This document shows, piece by piece, positions 20,903-30,337 of a DNA stretch of 64,000 nt. Source of the DNA: Bythopirellula sp. (lineage in GTDB: Bacteria; Planctomycetota; Planctomycetia; Pirellulales; Lacipirellulaceae); NCBI GenBank assembly GCA_965216565.1, contig OZ244170.1, positions 1,984,001-2,048,000 on the forward strand, in the 5' to 3' direction. The position numbers were made by a program, and so were the translations under genes. Numbering within the stretch: position 1 is the stretch's first letter; every line of letters begins with the position of its first letter. The notes under the pieces are model-generated. The model did not search any database. It saw only the letters and a program-made list of their open reading frames with translations, and was not told the origin of the DNA.

Positions 20903-21679
20903 ATGCTCAACAAGATTTGGTTCGGGCTGCTGCTGATCGGCGTGCTCTACGCCTTTGGCAAAGCTAGTTACAACGACTTGAGTGGCAAAACCCGATCGGT
21001 TGCGTCTGCCGAGGAAGATGTTCAGGAGCCAGATGTTCTAGTTGAAGCGACGGAGACAACAGCAGATCCGATCGACGATGTCTACGACAGACGTGGTCTC
21101 CAGGAGATGGGAAAAGATTTGAATGCAGCCGCCTTGGGAGCTGCGGAAACTTCCGTTGAAATCTGCCTCAAGCTTATCGGCATCATGGCTTTGTGGTTAG
21201 GACTGCTGAACGTCGCCAAGGATGCCGGCTTAGTCGATGCCTTCGCCAGGTTATTGCGACCACTCATGCGATGGCTATTCCCAGAAGTACCCGACGGTCA
21301 TCCCGCGCAGGGCGCGATGCTAATGAATATCTCGGCAAACATGCTAGGACTAGACAACGCGGCGACGCCGATGGGTCTGAAAGCGATGCAAGAGTTGCAA
21401 ACGCTCAACCCAGTGAAAGACACCGCGACCAATTCCATGGCCACGTTCCTGGCAATTAATACCAGCAACGTCACAATCATCCCCATCACAATTATCGCCT
21501 ATCGAGTTGCCGCCGACAGCACCGACCCGGCAGGCCCTCTGGTGCCTATCTTCCTGACGACCTCGGTCACCACAATCGTCGCGGTGCTGGCCGTCCGCAT
21601 GCTTCAGAAATCACCCGCGTATGCGATCCCTGCAGTTGCAGGAAGTTCGGAACCGATTGACGAGGAGGACGAAGTATGA
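20903..21679 (+). CDS. spmA: SpmA-like Gate-domain membrane protein
   Basis: ANMLGLDNAATPMGLKAMQELQTLNP, FLAINTS. Confidence 0.88.
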   Translation: MLNKIWFGLLLIGVLYAFGKASYNDLSGKTRSVASAEEDVQEPDVLVEATETTADPIDDVYDRRGLQEMGKDLNAAALGAAETSVEICLKLIGIMALWLGLLNVAKDAGLVDAFARLLRPLMRWLFPEVPDGHPAQGAMLMNISANMLGLDNAATPMGLKAMQELQTLNPVKDTATNSMATFLAINTSNVTIIPITIIAYRVAADSTDPAGPLVPIFLTTSVTTIVAVLAVRMLQKSPAYAIPAVAGSSEPIDEEDEV

Positions 21680-22233
21680 GCGCACTCCAAGGCATGATGG
21701 ATACCGTTAGCCAATGGACTATCCCTGGCATGATGCTGCTGATCGTTCTTTGGGCAGCCTACAACAAGGTGCCCATGTACGAGTCCTTTGTCACCGGAGC
21801 CAAAGAAGGCTTCAGCGTGGCGGTGATGATTATTCCCTATCTGGTCGCGATACTGTTTGTGATCAAGGTATTTCTCGCCAGCGGTGCGTTCGAGGACATG
21901 AAGTTGCTGTTTATTTGGGTGATGGAACAATTCGGATTGGGAGAATATACCGAAACGCTCGACCTGATGCCGCTGGCATTTACACGACCGCTCACCGGGA
22001 GTGGCGCACGCGGGGTGCTGGTGGAAATGTTCGACAGCCATGGTCCCGATAGTTTTCTAGGAAATACTGCCACGCTGATGATGGGGAGCACCGAAACTAC
22101 GTTCTACGTCATCACGGTTTACTTTGGTGCGATCCAAGTCAAAAAAATTCGTCATACCCTGCCAGCATGTTTGATCGCAGATGCAGCGGGCGTGGCCACC
22201 GCGATCTTGCTTGGCTACTGGCTCTATGCATGA
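21676..22233 (+). CDS. spmB: SpmB-like Gate-domain membrane protein
   Basis: YESFVTGAKEG, RPLTGSG, GSTETTFYVITVYFG. ATGA overlap with spmA. Confidence 0.88.
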   Translation: MSALQGMMDTVSQWTIPGMMLLIVLWAAYNKVPMYESFVTGAKEGFSVAVMIIPYLVAILFVIKVFLASGAFEDMKLLFIWVMEQFGLGEYTETLDLMPLAFTRPLTGSGARGVLVEMFDSHGPDSFLGNTATLMMGSTETTFYVITVYFGAIQVKKIRHTLPACLIADAAGVATAILLGYWLYA

Positions 22234-22240
22234 GAACCCC

Positions 22241-23209
22241 ATGAAGCCGCTTATTCCAAGAGCACTCAGAAAGGGCGACACAATCGCGCTGGTTGCTCCA
22301 GCAGGTCCCGTCGATCGCGCAAGGCTCGAGCGGGGAGTCGCTGTTTACGAGAAACAAGGTTTTCAACTCAAAACCTATCGAGATATCTACGCGACCCACG
22401 GCTACTTGGCCGGGGACGACGATGTTCGGACCAAGGAGCTGATGGAGGCGTTCGCCGATCCAGAGGTTGCTGCCATCTTCCCAGCCCGCGGAGGCACCGG
22501 TGTTACCCGACTTCTTGATCGGCTCGACTATGAATTGATTCGACAGAATCCTAAGATTCTTTGTGGCTTTAGCGATATCACCGCATTGCACTTGGCAGTG
22601 AACTCGCAGACGGGTTTGGTTACTTTTCATAGTCCTCATCCGATGGATGGCCCAGGGCATCCCGAGGGATTCACTGATCTCACCGCCCGCACCTACTGGC
22701 GTTGCTTACTGGCAGACGAATACGAGTCGTCAAACGAAGCCTCCTGGGAAATTCCTCTCACAGAAAACGAGCGACAAGGAATCGCCACGGTTCATCCCGG
22801 AACAGCAACGGGCAGGCTCATCGGCGGCAACTTGGCTCTCATCTGTTCGCTGCTAGGAACCCCTTATGAAATAGTCACCGAGCAGAACATCTTGCTAATC
22901 GAAGATATCAGCGAGCAGCCCTACCGCATTGACCGGTTTCTTTCTCAGCTTCAACTCGCCGGGAAACTGGATAAGCTGTCAGGAGTTGTCGTCGGACAAT
23001 TCACAGACTGCTTACCCGAGGAGGGCAAGGCAAGTCTCACGCTGGAGCAGATCTTCAGCAACTACCTTGGGGAATTGAAGGTTCCGATTGTTCAAAATTT
23101 CCCCACGGGCCATGCCCGCGACAATGCCACTTTGCCCCTGGGAGTCCAGGTTGAATTGAATGCAGACGCGCGAAAGCTAACCGTCTTGGAAAACCCAGTC
23201 CACTGCTGA
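22241..23209 (+). CDS. ldcA: LD-carboxypeptidase (peptidase S66)
   Basis: ARGG, GFSDIT (nucleophile Ser), GGNL, IEDISE, TGH. Confidence 0.9.
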   Translation: MKPLIPRALRKGDTIALVAPAGPVDRARLERGVAVYEKQGFQLKTYRDIYATHGYLAGDDDVRTKELMEAFADPEVAAIFPARGGTGVTRLLDRLDYELIRQNPKILCGFSDITALHLAVNSQTGLVTFHSPHPMDGPGHPEGFTDLTARTYWRCLLADEYESSNEASWEIPLTENERQGIATVHPGTATGRLIGGNLALICSLLGTPYEIVTEQNILLIEDISEQPYRIDRFLSQLQLAGKLDKLSGVVVGQFTDCLPEEGKASLTLEQIFSNYLGELKVPIVQNFPTGHARDNATLPLGVQVELNADARKLTVLENPVHC

Positions 23210-23257
23210 TTGCATCCCTTTAAGTGAGCGTTCCCATTGCACAGAGACAAAAACCGC

Positions 23258-24250
23258 ATGAAAACCCACGCCAACGAACCACCCAGAATCGAGCTCGCGC
23301 AACTTCCCTCTCCTTGTGTGGAACTTAAGAACTTAGCCAGATCGGCAGACGTGCCTAAGATATTCCTCAAGCGCGATGATCTTTCCGGCTTGGAGCTGAG
23401 CGGCAATAAGATCCGCAAACTTGAATACGTCGTGGCCGACGCCATTGCGAATGGGGCGGATACGCTAGTGACCCACGGGGGGATTCAGTCCAACCATTGC
23501 CGCGCCACGGCCGCAGTTGGCGCTCGCTTGGGAGTGCGGGTGAGAATGCTACTGCGCGGGGAAACTCCCTCTGTGCCCTACGAGGGAAATCTGGTGCTCG
23601 ACAAACTGTTCGGAGCCCACTGCAGCTACCATCCGCCTGACATCTACCGCGAGCAACTCGATCAACTCGTAAAAGATGCGATGCAAGAAGAAGTCGATCA
23701 AGGGCACAAACCTTACTTCTTCCCAGTCGGCGCCAGCGTCCCTCTCGGCAGTTGGGGCTATATCCGCTGCGTGGCGGAACTCGCCGAGACCCTGGGCCGC
23801 GATTCCGCAGTCGATCTTTATTGCGCTACCTCGTCAGGAGGCACGCAGGTGGGTTTGATTCTCGGTCGTGCCATCCTGGGTTGCGAGAACTGGCGGGTGC
23901 GGGGGGTGCCGGTTAGCGATAGCGTCGAGTATTTCCAAACACATCTCCGCGATTTGGAAAGGAAAACGACCGAGCAATTCGACTTACGACTCTCGATTGA
24001 GCAAACACCTATCGAACTCATCGACGGCTTTATTGGCGAAGGTTACGCAATTGAGTACCCCGAAGCGGTCGAAACCATTTCATTACTCGGCCAAACCGAG
24101 GCGATCGTACTCGATCCTAGTTACACGTCGAAAGCAATGACGGCGATGCTAGCCACTTTGCGTGAGGAATCGACCGACCGCATCCCCGTGTTCATCCATA
24201 CCGGCGGTGCCTTCGGACTTTACGGTCGCCGAGATCTAGTCGGTGCCTAA
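23258..24250 (+). CDS. D-cysteine desulfhydrase-family PLP enzyme
   Basis: KRDD, GNKIRK, QSNH, LDPSYT, HTGG. Confidence 0.85.
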   Translation: MKTHANEPPRIELAQLPSPCVELKNLARSADVPKIFLKRDDLSGLELSGNKIRKLEYVVADAIANGADTLVTHGGIQSNHCRATAAVGARLGVRVRMLLRGETPSVPYEGNLVLDKLFGAHCSYHPPDIYREQLDQLVKDAMQEEVDQGHKPYFFPVGASVPLGSWGYIRCVAELAETLGRDSAVDLYCATSSGGTQVGLILGRAILGCENWRVRGVPVSDSVEYFQTHLRDLERKTTEQFDLRLSIEQTPIELIDGFIGEGYAIEYPEAVETISLLGQTEAIVLDPSYTSKAMTAMLATLREESTDRIPVFIHTGGAFGLYGRRDLVGA

Positions 24251-26601
24251 CGACTGTCGCAACGCGACGGATAGATCAGGAATTTACTACGCCGCTTCAA
24301 GAATTCTTGGTGTTCTTCCCGATAGCCCTCGATGATTTCGGGCAGTGGGGTGCCGTTGGCAATGGCATCGAATACTTGCTGGTCGCAGAGCAAACGATTA
24401 AATCGTTTCATCTCCCAGTCGTCGGGATAGAGATCGCGTACCGTAGCGGCCACGGCCAGGCCGGTTTTCACCGGCAGGAAAACCGACCGGTCGACGACCG
24501 TGATGTTTACCCCCAAGCACTGCTTGTCGGCATGTTTGCTGGTATCGGGAGTAAAACGAATTGGCACGAATCGGACGCCGGGTAAGTTTTGCCCATTGAG
24601 CTCCGCCGCAAGCTGGACGCCATCGATCCAGGGGGCTCCTAGGACTTCGAACGGGGTGTCTGTGCCTCTACCGACCGAAACGTTGGTCGTTTCCATCAGT
24701 CCAATTCCCGGATATAACACAGCCTCCGCCAAACTTCGCATGTTCGGCGACGGATTCGTCCATACCAGCCCGGTGCGATCCCAGTAGTCTTCTCGCTGCC
24801 AGTTCTCAACCTTCACAATTTCCAAATCAAGATCCAGCTCGAGTTCCTCGCGAAACATCATCGCCAACTCGCCAATCGTCATTCCATGCCGCACGGCAAT
24901 CGGATGGTATCCCACAAACGATTCCAGCCCAGGATCCAAAATCGGACCCTCCACCAAGTCACCACCGATAGGATTGGGACGATCGAGCACCACGAACTTC
25001 AGGTCGTGCTCTGCGGCTGCGTGCATGGCATGCCCCATCGTGGAAATGTACGTGTAGAAACGCGCTCCAATATCTTGGATGTCGAACACCAACGTGTCGA
25101 TATCCTTCAGTTGCTCGGCTGCAGGACGCCGCGATTCTCCATACAGGCTGTACACCGGCAAATTGGTTTTTTCTTCACGGGTGTCTGTTATGTTAGGCTG
25201 ATCGAGCTTCCCTTGCAGTCCATGCTCGGGGCTGAAAAGCGAAACCAGTTCCAGGTTGTCCGCTTCGTGCAAAAGATCGAGCGTACGTCGCCCTTGGCTA
25301 TCAAGACCAGTGTGATTCGTGATCAGCCCTACTCGACGGCCCGCTAGCTGTTCGAACTTCTCTCGCACCAGAACGTCGATTCCGTGCAGCACAGGTGGCC
25401 CCGTCTCGGCAGCTATGCGATTTGTCGAGTCCTTCGCTTGCGGGTTCGGTCCAACAATGGCGCCTGCCGCCACGGTCCCGATTCGTCCAGCGAGATCGTT
25501 GACACTTCCCTTGCCATCCGGATGCAGTCGACTGGAGAGAAAGACGACGAAGAGATCCAACTCCGGATCAATCCACATGGCTGTACCAGTGAACCCGCCG
25601 TGACCAAAAGCCGAACGGCTATATAGCTCGCCGCGGTTTGATGAATACTTGCTGCGCATATCCCAGCCCAAGCCGCGTTTTTGGCCAGCGACATCGCGTG
25701 CCCGCGTCATCTCTCGAATCGAGGCGGGGTTGAGAGCGGACGTCCCCTCCGGCGATTCTCTCCGCAACATCATGTTGGCGTAGAGCGCTAGGTCGTGGGC
25801 AGTGGAAAACAATCCCGCATGGCCCGCGACTCCATTGAGCAGCGATGCACGCGGATCGTGAACCTCGCCGCGCAACCACTTGTCGTTCTGCTTTTCGGTG
25901 GGCGCAATTCGCGAACGCAGGGATGCCCTCGGCTGGTAGCCCGTATCGACCATTCCCGTAGGACGAAAGATGTTCTCAGCAGCGAACTCGGCAACCGTTT
26001 TCCCCGACACTCGATGCACAAGCTCACCCAAGACCAGAAAGCCGACGTCGGTGTAGACAAACTTTTTACCTATTCCGTGAACCGGTTTTAACGCCCAAAT
26101 GTTTAGCCAGGCTTTGTCGATCCCTTGCTGGTAATCCGCTAGTGCATTGTCGGGCACCAGCCCTCCTTGATGCGTGAGGAGTTGCTCGACGGTGATCTCC
26201 CCTTTTCCATTGGCAGCAAACTCTGGGATGTAACGTGCAACCGGATCGCGGAGCCGAACTTTGCCGCGCTGCACTAGGACCATCACGCTGGTTGCCGTTG
26301 CCACGGGCTTAGTGATCGACGCCATATCGAAGATGGTGTCGACCGTCATCGCTTCGGGGGTCGGCTCGACCTGACGGTGACCAAAAGCCTCGCAGTACGC
26401 CACCACACCTCGGCGGCCGATTAATACGACTGCACCGGGCAGATTGCCGGCTTCGATCTCTTGTTGCACCAAGTCGGGGATGACCTGAAGATGCGACCCT
26501 GCTAACCCTACCGTGTCGGGGGATGCAGTTGGCAGGTGTGCAAGACTATCGCCTACGCCCACTGTCAACAAAACTGCGCTGATTAGTAGCTGCTTCATCA
26601 T
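24247..26601 (-). CDS. Secreted fusion: beta-lactamase-family serine hydrolase (AmiE-like) + DUF1343 exo-beta-N-acetylmuramidase (NamZ)
   Basis: N-terminal MASITK, LLTH, YTD, FGHGGFTG. C-terminal GLITNHTG, FSPEHG, FDIQDIGARFYTY, LDRPNP, SPN. Start 26601 or 26607. Confidence 0.88.
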   Translation of the reverse strand: MMKQLLISAVLLTVGVGDSLAHLPTASPDTVGLAGSHLQVIPDLVQQEIEAGNLPGAVVLIGRRGVVAYCEAFGHRQVEPTPEAMTVDTIFDMASITKPVATATSVMVLVQRGKVRLRDPVARYIPEFAANGKGEITVEQLLTHQGGLVPDNALADYQQGIDKAWLNIWALKPVHGIGKKFVYTDVGFLVLGELVHRVSGKTVAEFAAENIFRPTGMVDTGYQPRASLRSRIAPTEKQNDKWLRGEVHDPRASLLNGVAGHAGLFSTAHDLALYANMMLRRESPEGTSALNPASIREMTRARDVAGQKRGLGWDMRSKYSSNRGELYSRSAFGHGGFTGTAMWIDPELDLFVVFLSSRLHPDGKGSVNDLAGRIGTVAAGAIVGPNPQAKDSTNRIAAETGPPVLHGIDVLVREKFEQLAGRRVGLITNHTGLDSQGRRTLDLLHEADNLELVSLFSPEHGLQGKLDQPNITDTREEKTNLPVYSLYGESRRPAAEQLKDIDTLVFDIQDIGARFYTYISTMGHAMHAAAEHDLKFVVLDRPNPIGGDLVEGPILDPGLESFVGYHPIAVRHGMTIGELAMMFREELELDLDLEIVKVENWQREDYWDRTGLVWTNPSPNMRSLAEAVLYPGIGLMETTNVSVGRGTDTPFEVLGAPWIDGVQLAAELNGQNLPGVRFVPIRFTPDTSKHADKQCLGVNITVVDRSVFLPVKTGLAVAATVRDLYPDDWEMKRFNRLLCDQQVFDAIANGTPLPEIIEGYREEHQEFLKRRSKFLIYPSRCDSR

Positions 26602-26637
26602 GTGCATCGTCCCCTCACTAATTTTGAAACCAACCAT

Positions 26638-28122
26638 CTACTTTGTTTTCCCATCGAGCCAATTGATTGCGAATTGAAAAACCAGACCGCACTCGATGAC
26701 GGCAATGGCCCCACACATGGCATACCAAGGCCAGTAAAGCGGAGTCAGAATGGCGATCACTGATAAAATGCCGATACCGAAGACGAATCCCAGCAGTGCC
26801 GCCATTTCGCCAAGATGCGGATAGAACACGGCCAGCAAATACATTCCCAGCACCGGCCCCAACGCAAACCCGGCAATCTTCAACACTTGCCCCACCGTGC
26901 TTTCGTCGAACCCAAAGCTCTGGCTCGCAATGGCAATGCAGATCTGAACAATCCCGAAAAACAGCGTGGCAACCCGGCTAATCCGGAGTTGTTGCTTCGA
27001 AGTCAATTCGGACTTAGTCAGCGGCAAATAGATATCGTTCACAAACGCAGTTGCCGAAGAATTCAACGAACTCGACAAGGTCGACATCGCCGCGGCAAAC
27101 ACCGCAGCGAGCGTGATGCCAACCAATCCCATGCCAAGTTCGTTCACGATAAAATGAGCAAAGATGCCATCGTTGACCACGTCTTCCGATACAGTTTGGG
27201 AGACCTGGGAATCGTAAAAACAGGACAGCGCCACACCAATGGTAAGGAACAACGCAAACTGCACGCACACGACAAAGCCACTCAGCACTAGTGCCCAACC
27301 AGCCGAGTGCTTGCTCTTAGCCGAGAGATAGCGTTGCACCATCAGTTGGTCGGTGCCGTGGGTGGCCGCGGTGAGAAAGATCCCTCCCATCAGCCCGGCC
27401 CAAAAGCTCATCGGCTTTTCCAGCCCCAGTCGAAAATCGAAGAGCTGGAATTTGCCCAACTCGTTTCCGTACTCGACAACTTGCTCGAACCCGCCGGGAA
27501 GCCTCGTCGCAATAACCACCAAGGTGGCCACGGCTCCAAGCATGTACACAGCAAACTGTAGGCAATCATTCCAAACAACGGCTTTGGCACCGCCCACGAG
27601 CGTGTAGACGATCGTAACGATTCCCAATGCGATCACGCACTGGGAGAGGGCCAACCCCGTCGCCTGTTGCAGCGCCAGTGCTGTCAGAAACAGCCGCAAC
27701 GCATCGCTCAGATTGCGAGTGACCAGGAATAACAGCGAGGCCCCGCGGCGGGTGGTTACTCCAAAGCGAGATTGAAGTACCTCATACGACGTGAACACCT
27801 GCCCTCGAAAAAATAGCGGCAACAACACAACTGCCACTAAGAGGCGTCCAGCAATATATCCGAAAGTTATCTGCAGAAAACGAAAGTCGCCGTTGAGCTT
27901 GGCGAAAGTTATCCCTGGGATACTAAGAAAAGTAACGGTACTAGTTTCCGTGGCAACAATCGAAAGCAAAATTGCCCACCACGGCAAACTTCTACCACCT
28001 AGAAAATAATCTTCCGTATTTTTTTGCGATCGCCCAAGCCACAATCCCCAGATTAGAACAATCGCGATGTAGCTAACAACGATCGCCTGATCGACCACAT
28101 GAATTGAAGAATTAATTGACAT
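26638..28122 (-). CDS. Sodium:solute symporter
   Basis: DYFLGGRSLPWW, SIVATETS, DQLMVQRYL, AAMSTLSSSLNS. Confidence 0.92.
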   Translation of the reverse strand: MSINSSIHVVDQAIVVSYIAIVLIWGLWLGRSQKNTEDYFLGGRSLPWWAILLSIVATETSTVTFLSIPGITFAKLNGDFRFLQITFGYIAGRLLVAVVLLPLFFRGQVFTSYEVLQSRFGVTTRRGASLLFLVTRNLSDALRLFLTALALQQATGLALSQCVIALGIVTIVYTLVGGAKAVVWNDCLQFAVYMLGAVATLVVIATRLPGGFEQVVEYGNELGKFQLFDFRLGLEKPMSFWAGLMGGIFLTAATHGTDQLMVQRYLSAKSKHSAGWALVLSGFVVCVQFALFLTIGVALSCFYDSQVSQTVSEDVVNDGIFAHFIVNELGMGLVGITLAAVFAAAMSTLSSSLNSSATAFVNDIYLPLTKSELTSKQQLRISRVATLFFGIVQICIAIASQSFGFDESTVGQVLKIAGFALGPVLGMYLLAVFYPHLGEMAALLGFVFGIGILSVIAILTPLYWPWYAMCGAIAVIECGLVFQFAINWLDGKTK

Positions 28123-28294
28123 GGCCCTAACTTAATCTGAAAACCTAACAGCTACAGGTACGTTCGAAGTTTTTTCAAACTAAATCATAAGGATCATGGA
28201 ACTTCTAGTGGTGGCGTAAACTCGAACACCTGGCAAAGTATTTCGTTGCTTTTAACTGGGCGAAGCGACCTAACCAAGAGTCTTCCTCCTACTC

Positions 28295-28321
28295 AGCGCA
28301 TGGAAGTCTCTTTTTCGCGCA
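28295..28321 (+). promoter_or_regulatory. Putative XylR/AraC-type operator upstream of murQ
   Basis: AGCGCA (28295) and CGCGCA (28316), 21-bp period. TAGAAT at 28352. Confidence 0.7.
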
Positions 28322-28363
28322 TCTTCGCTATGTGTTTTACGAGGTGGCTACTAGAATCGAATT

Positions 28364-29263
28364 ATGCTTGAAAAGCTCGAAAACCTAACGACCGAAGGCA
28401 GAAATCCGGCCTCCGAGAATCTAGATAGCCTCAGTCCCTTGGACATCGTGCGTCTGATTAATTCGGAAGACGCCAAGGTTGCCGATGCAGTTGGACGCGA
28501 AGCGGAACCAATTGCCGAGGCGATCGAAGTGATTGCTCATCGATTGCAACACGGCGGACGTTTGATTTACGTTGGCGCCGGCACTTCTGGCAGGCTGGGA
28601 ATTCTCGACGCCGCGGAGTGTCCGCCCACCTTTAACTCCGATCCCTCGAAGGTGCTCGGATTAATTGCCGGTGGTCCCTCGGCAATGCTGAAAGCCGTGG
28701 AGGGTGCAGAAGACAATCCCGAATTGGCTGCCGAAGACCTACGAGAAGTGGGGCTCACCAGCCAAGACGTGGTCGTCGGAATCGCAACCAGTGGCCGCAC
28801 TCCTTATGTAATCGGGGCTCTCGAGTATGCCCGCAGCCAAGGTGCATTCCGGATTGGTCTCTCTTGCAACCGAGAAGCTACAATGCGAGCGCAGGCCCAG
28901 ATCAACATCGTCCCCGTTGTTGGGCCCGAAGTTGTCAGCGGCTCAACACGGATGAAAGCCGGCACCGCCACCAAGATGGTTCTTAACATGCTCACCACGG
29001 GTGCCATGGTAAGATTGGGCAAGACCTACGGGAACTTGATGGTGGATCTGCAGGCAACCAATATCAAGCTTACTGAACGATCTAAGCGTATCATTTGCTC
29101 GCTCACCGACCTATCGACGGAGAGTGCAGCCGAACTACTTACCGAGTGCGATGGTGAGCTCAAGACGGCAATCGTCGCTAACCGCAACGGCGTAGGGCCC
29201 GAGCAGGCGAGAGCTAAGCTCACCGATTCGAATGGCAAATTGAGAGAAGCGCTAGAAAACTGA
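28364..29263 (+). CDS. murQ: N-acetylmuramic acid 6-phosphate etherase
   Basis: GAGTSGRLG, ECPPTF, EGAED, GPEVVSGSTRMKAGTA, NLMVD. Confidence 0.97.
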   Translation: MLEKLENLTTEGRNPASENLDSLSPLDIVRLINSEDAKVADAVGREAEPIAEAIEVIAHRLQHGGRLIYVGAGTSGRLGILDAAECPPTFNSDPSKVLGLIAGGPSAMLKAVEGAEDNPELAAEDLREVGLTSQDVVVGIATSGRTPYVIGALEYARSQGAFRIGLSCNREATMRAQAQINIVPVVGPEVVSGSTRMKAGTATKMVLNMLTTGAMVRLGKTYGNLMVDLQATNIKLTERSKRIICSLTDLSTESAAELLTECDGELKTAIVANRNGVGPEQARAKLTDSNGKLREALEN

Positions 29264-29383
29264 TCGGAATGAGTTTAGGCTTGTTTCTTTCCAGCTCGCC
29301 ACTCTTCACGAATTATTCAATGGTGAGCGTTCTTACTCTAGCTTGCCAACTAGCAGCGGCTACTAGTTAGCAAGGGGCTTGGC

Positions 29384-30316
29384 GTGCAAGAAACCCTAAT
29401 TCTCGGCATCGATGGCGGCGGCACCAAGACCCTCGCTCTACTGGCGGCGGTTTCTTCTGCTGGAACCCCCAAAATTCTCGGCCGGTGTGCGGCGGGATCT
29501 ACCAATGTGAATGCTGTCGGCTGGGAAGAGGCTTTTTCCAACCTGCGAATAGCCAGTCAGGGAGCATGGGAAGCAGCGAATCGCGAAGCCACAACCGCTG
29601 AGATGGCCGTGTTGGCTCTCTCGGGTGCGGGAAGAGATTCGGCTCAGAAAAAAATCGCTGATTGGGTTACGAAAGAAGGTATCGCCAGCCGGGTGGAAGT
29701 GATTCACGATGCCGAAGCCGTCTTAATGGCCGGAACACCTGAAGGTTATGGGGTAGCTTTGATTGCAGGGACAGGTGCGGTAGCGCTGGCAGTCAACGAA
29801 TCGCAGGAAAGCAGCATCAGCGGGGGATGGGGATATTGGTTCGGCGACGAAGGCAGTGCTTTTTGGCTAGGGCAAGCTGCGTTGCGAGCCGTCTCGTTAG
29901 CCGCTGATGGGCGAGGTCCAGCGACATCGCTGGAAGCTCAACTTCTGGAACATCTTCAGATCGACAAACCCAGAGATTTACTCTCCGCCCTTTCCACCGA
30001 CAATAGTGTCCGGCAAGCAATCGCTTCGCTTGCAAGATCTGTGGTCGGTGCCGCAGAAACTGGCGACCACGTTGCTAAGGCGATTGTCGACGAGGGTGCG
30101 CTGCACCTGGCCAAGTTAGTCCACAGTTCTGCAGCGGCTGTCACGCTGGGACCAGATTTTTCCTTGGCCGTCGCCGGTGGAGTTCTCTGCGGCAGTCCCT
30201 ACGTCCAAGATGCACTAAGGCTAAAGCTCGGCGGGTTGGGGCTAGAACCACACCCGGTCGAAAGCGTTGCGGAGCCAGCACTCGGTACGCTGAATCTCGC
30301 GTGTCGCAAGCTCTAG
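29384..30316 (+). CDS. BadF/BadG/BcrA/BcrD-family GlcNAc/MurNAc kinase (MurK-like)
   Basis: GIDGGGTKT, IAGTG, GGWGYWFGDEGSA. Confidence 0.88.
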   Translation: MQETLILGIDGGGTKTLALLAAVSSAGTPKILGRCAAGSTNVNAVGWEEAFSNLRIASQGAWEAANREATTAEMAVLALSGAGRDSAQKKIADWVTKEGIASRVEVIHDAEAVLMAGTPEGYGVALIAGTGAVALAVNESQESSISGGWGYWFGDEGSAFWLGQAALRAVSLAADGRGPATSLEAQLLEHLQIDKPRDLLSALSTDNSVRQAIASLARSVVGAAETGDHVAKAIVDEGALHLAKLVHSSAAAVTLGPDFSLAVAGGVLCGSPYVQDALRLKLGGLGLEPHPVESVAEPALGTLNLACRKL

Positions 30317-30337
30317 GAAACCGGCAACTCCTCGCCC

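Noticed and set aside
23258..24250. ACC deaminase
   Set aside because: It has Thr at both diagnostic positions (DPSYT, HTGG) instead of Glu and Leu.
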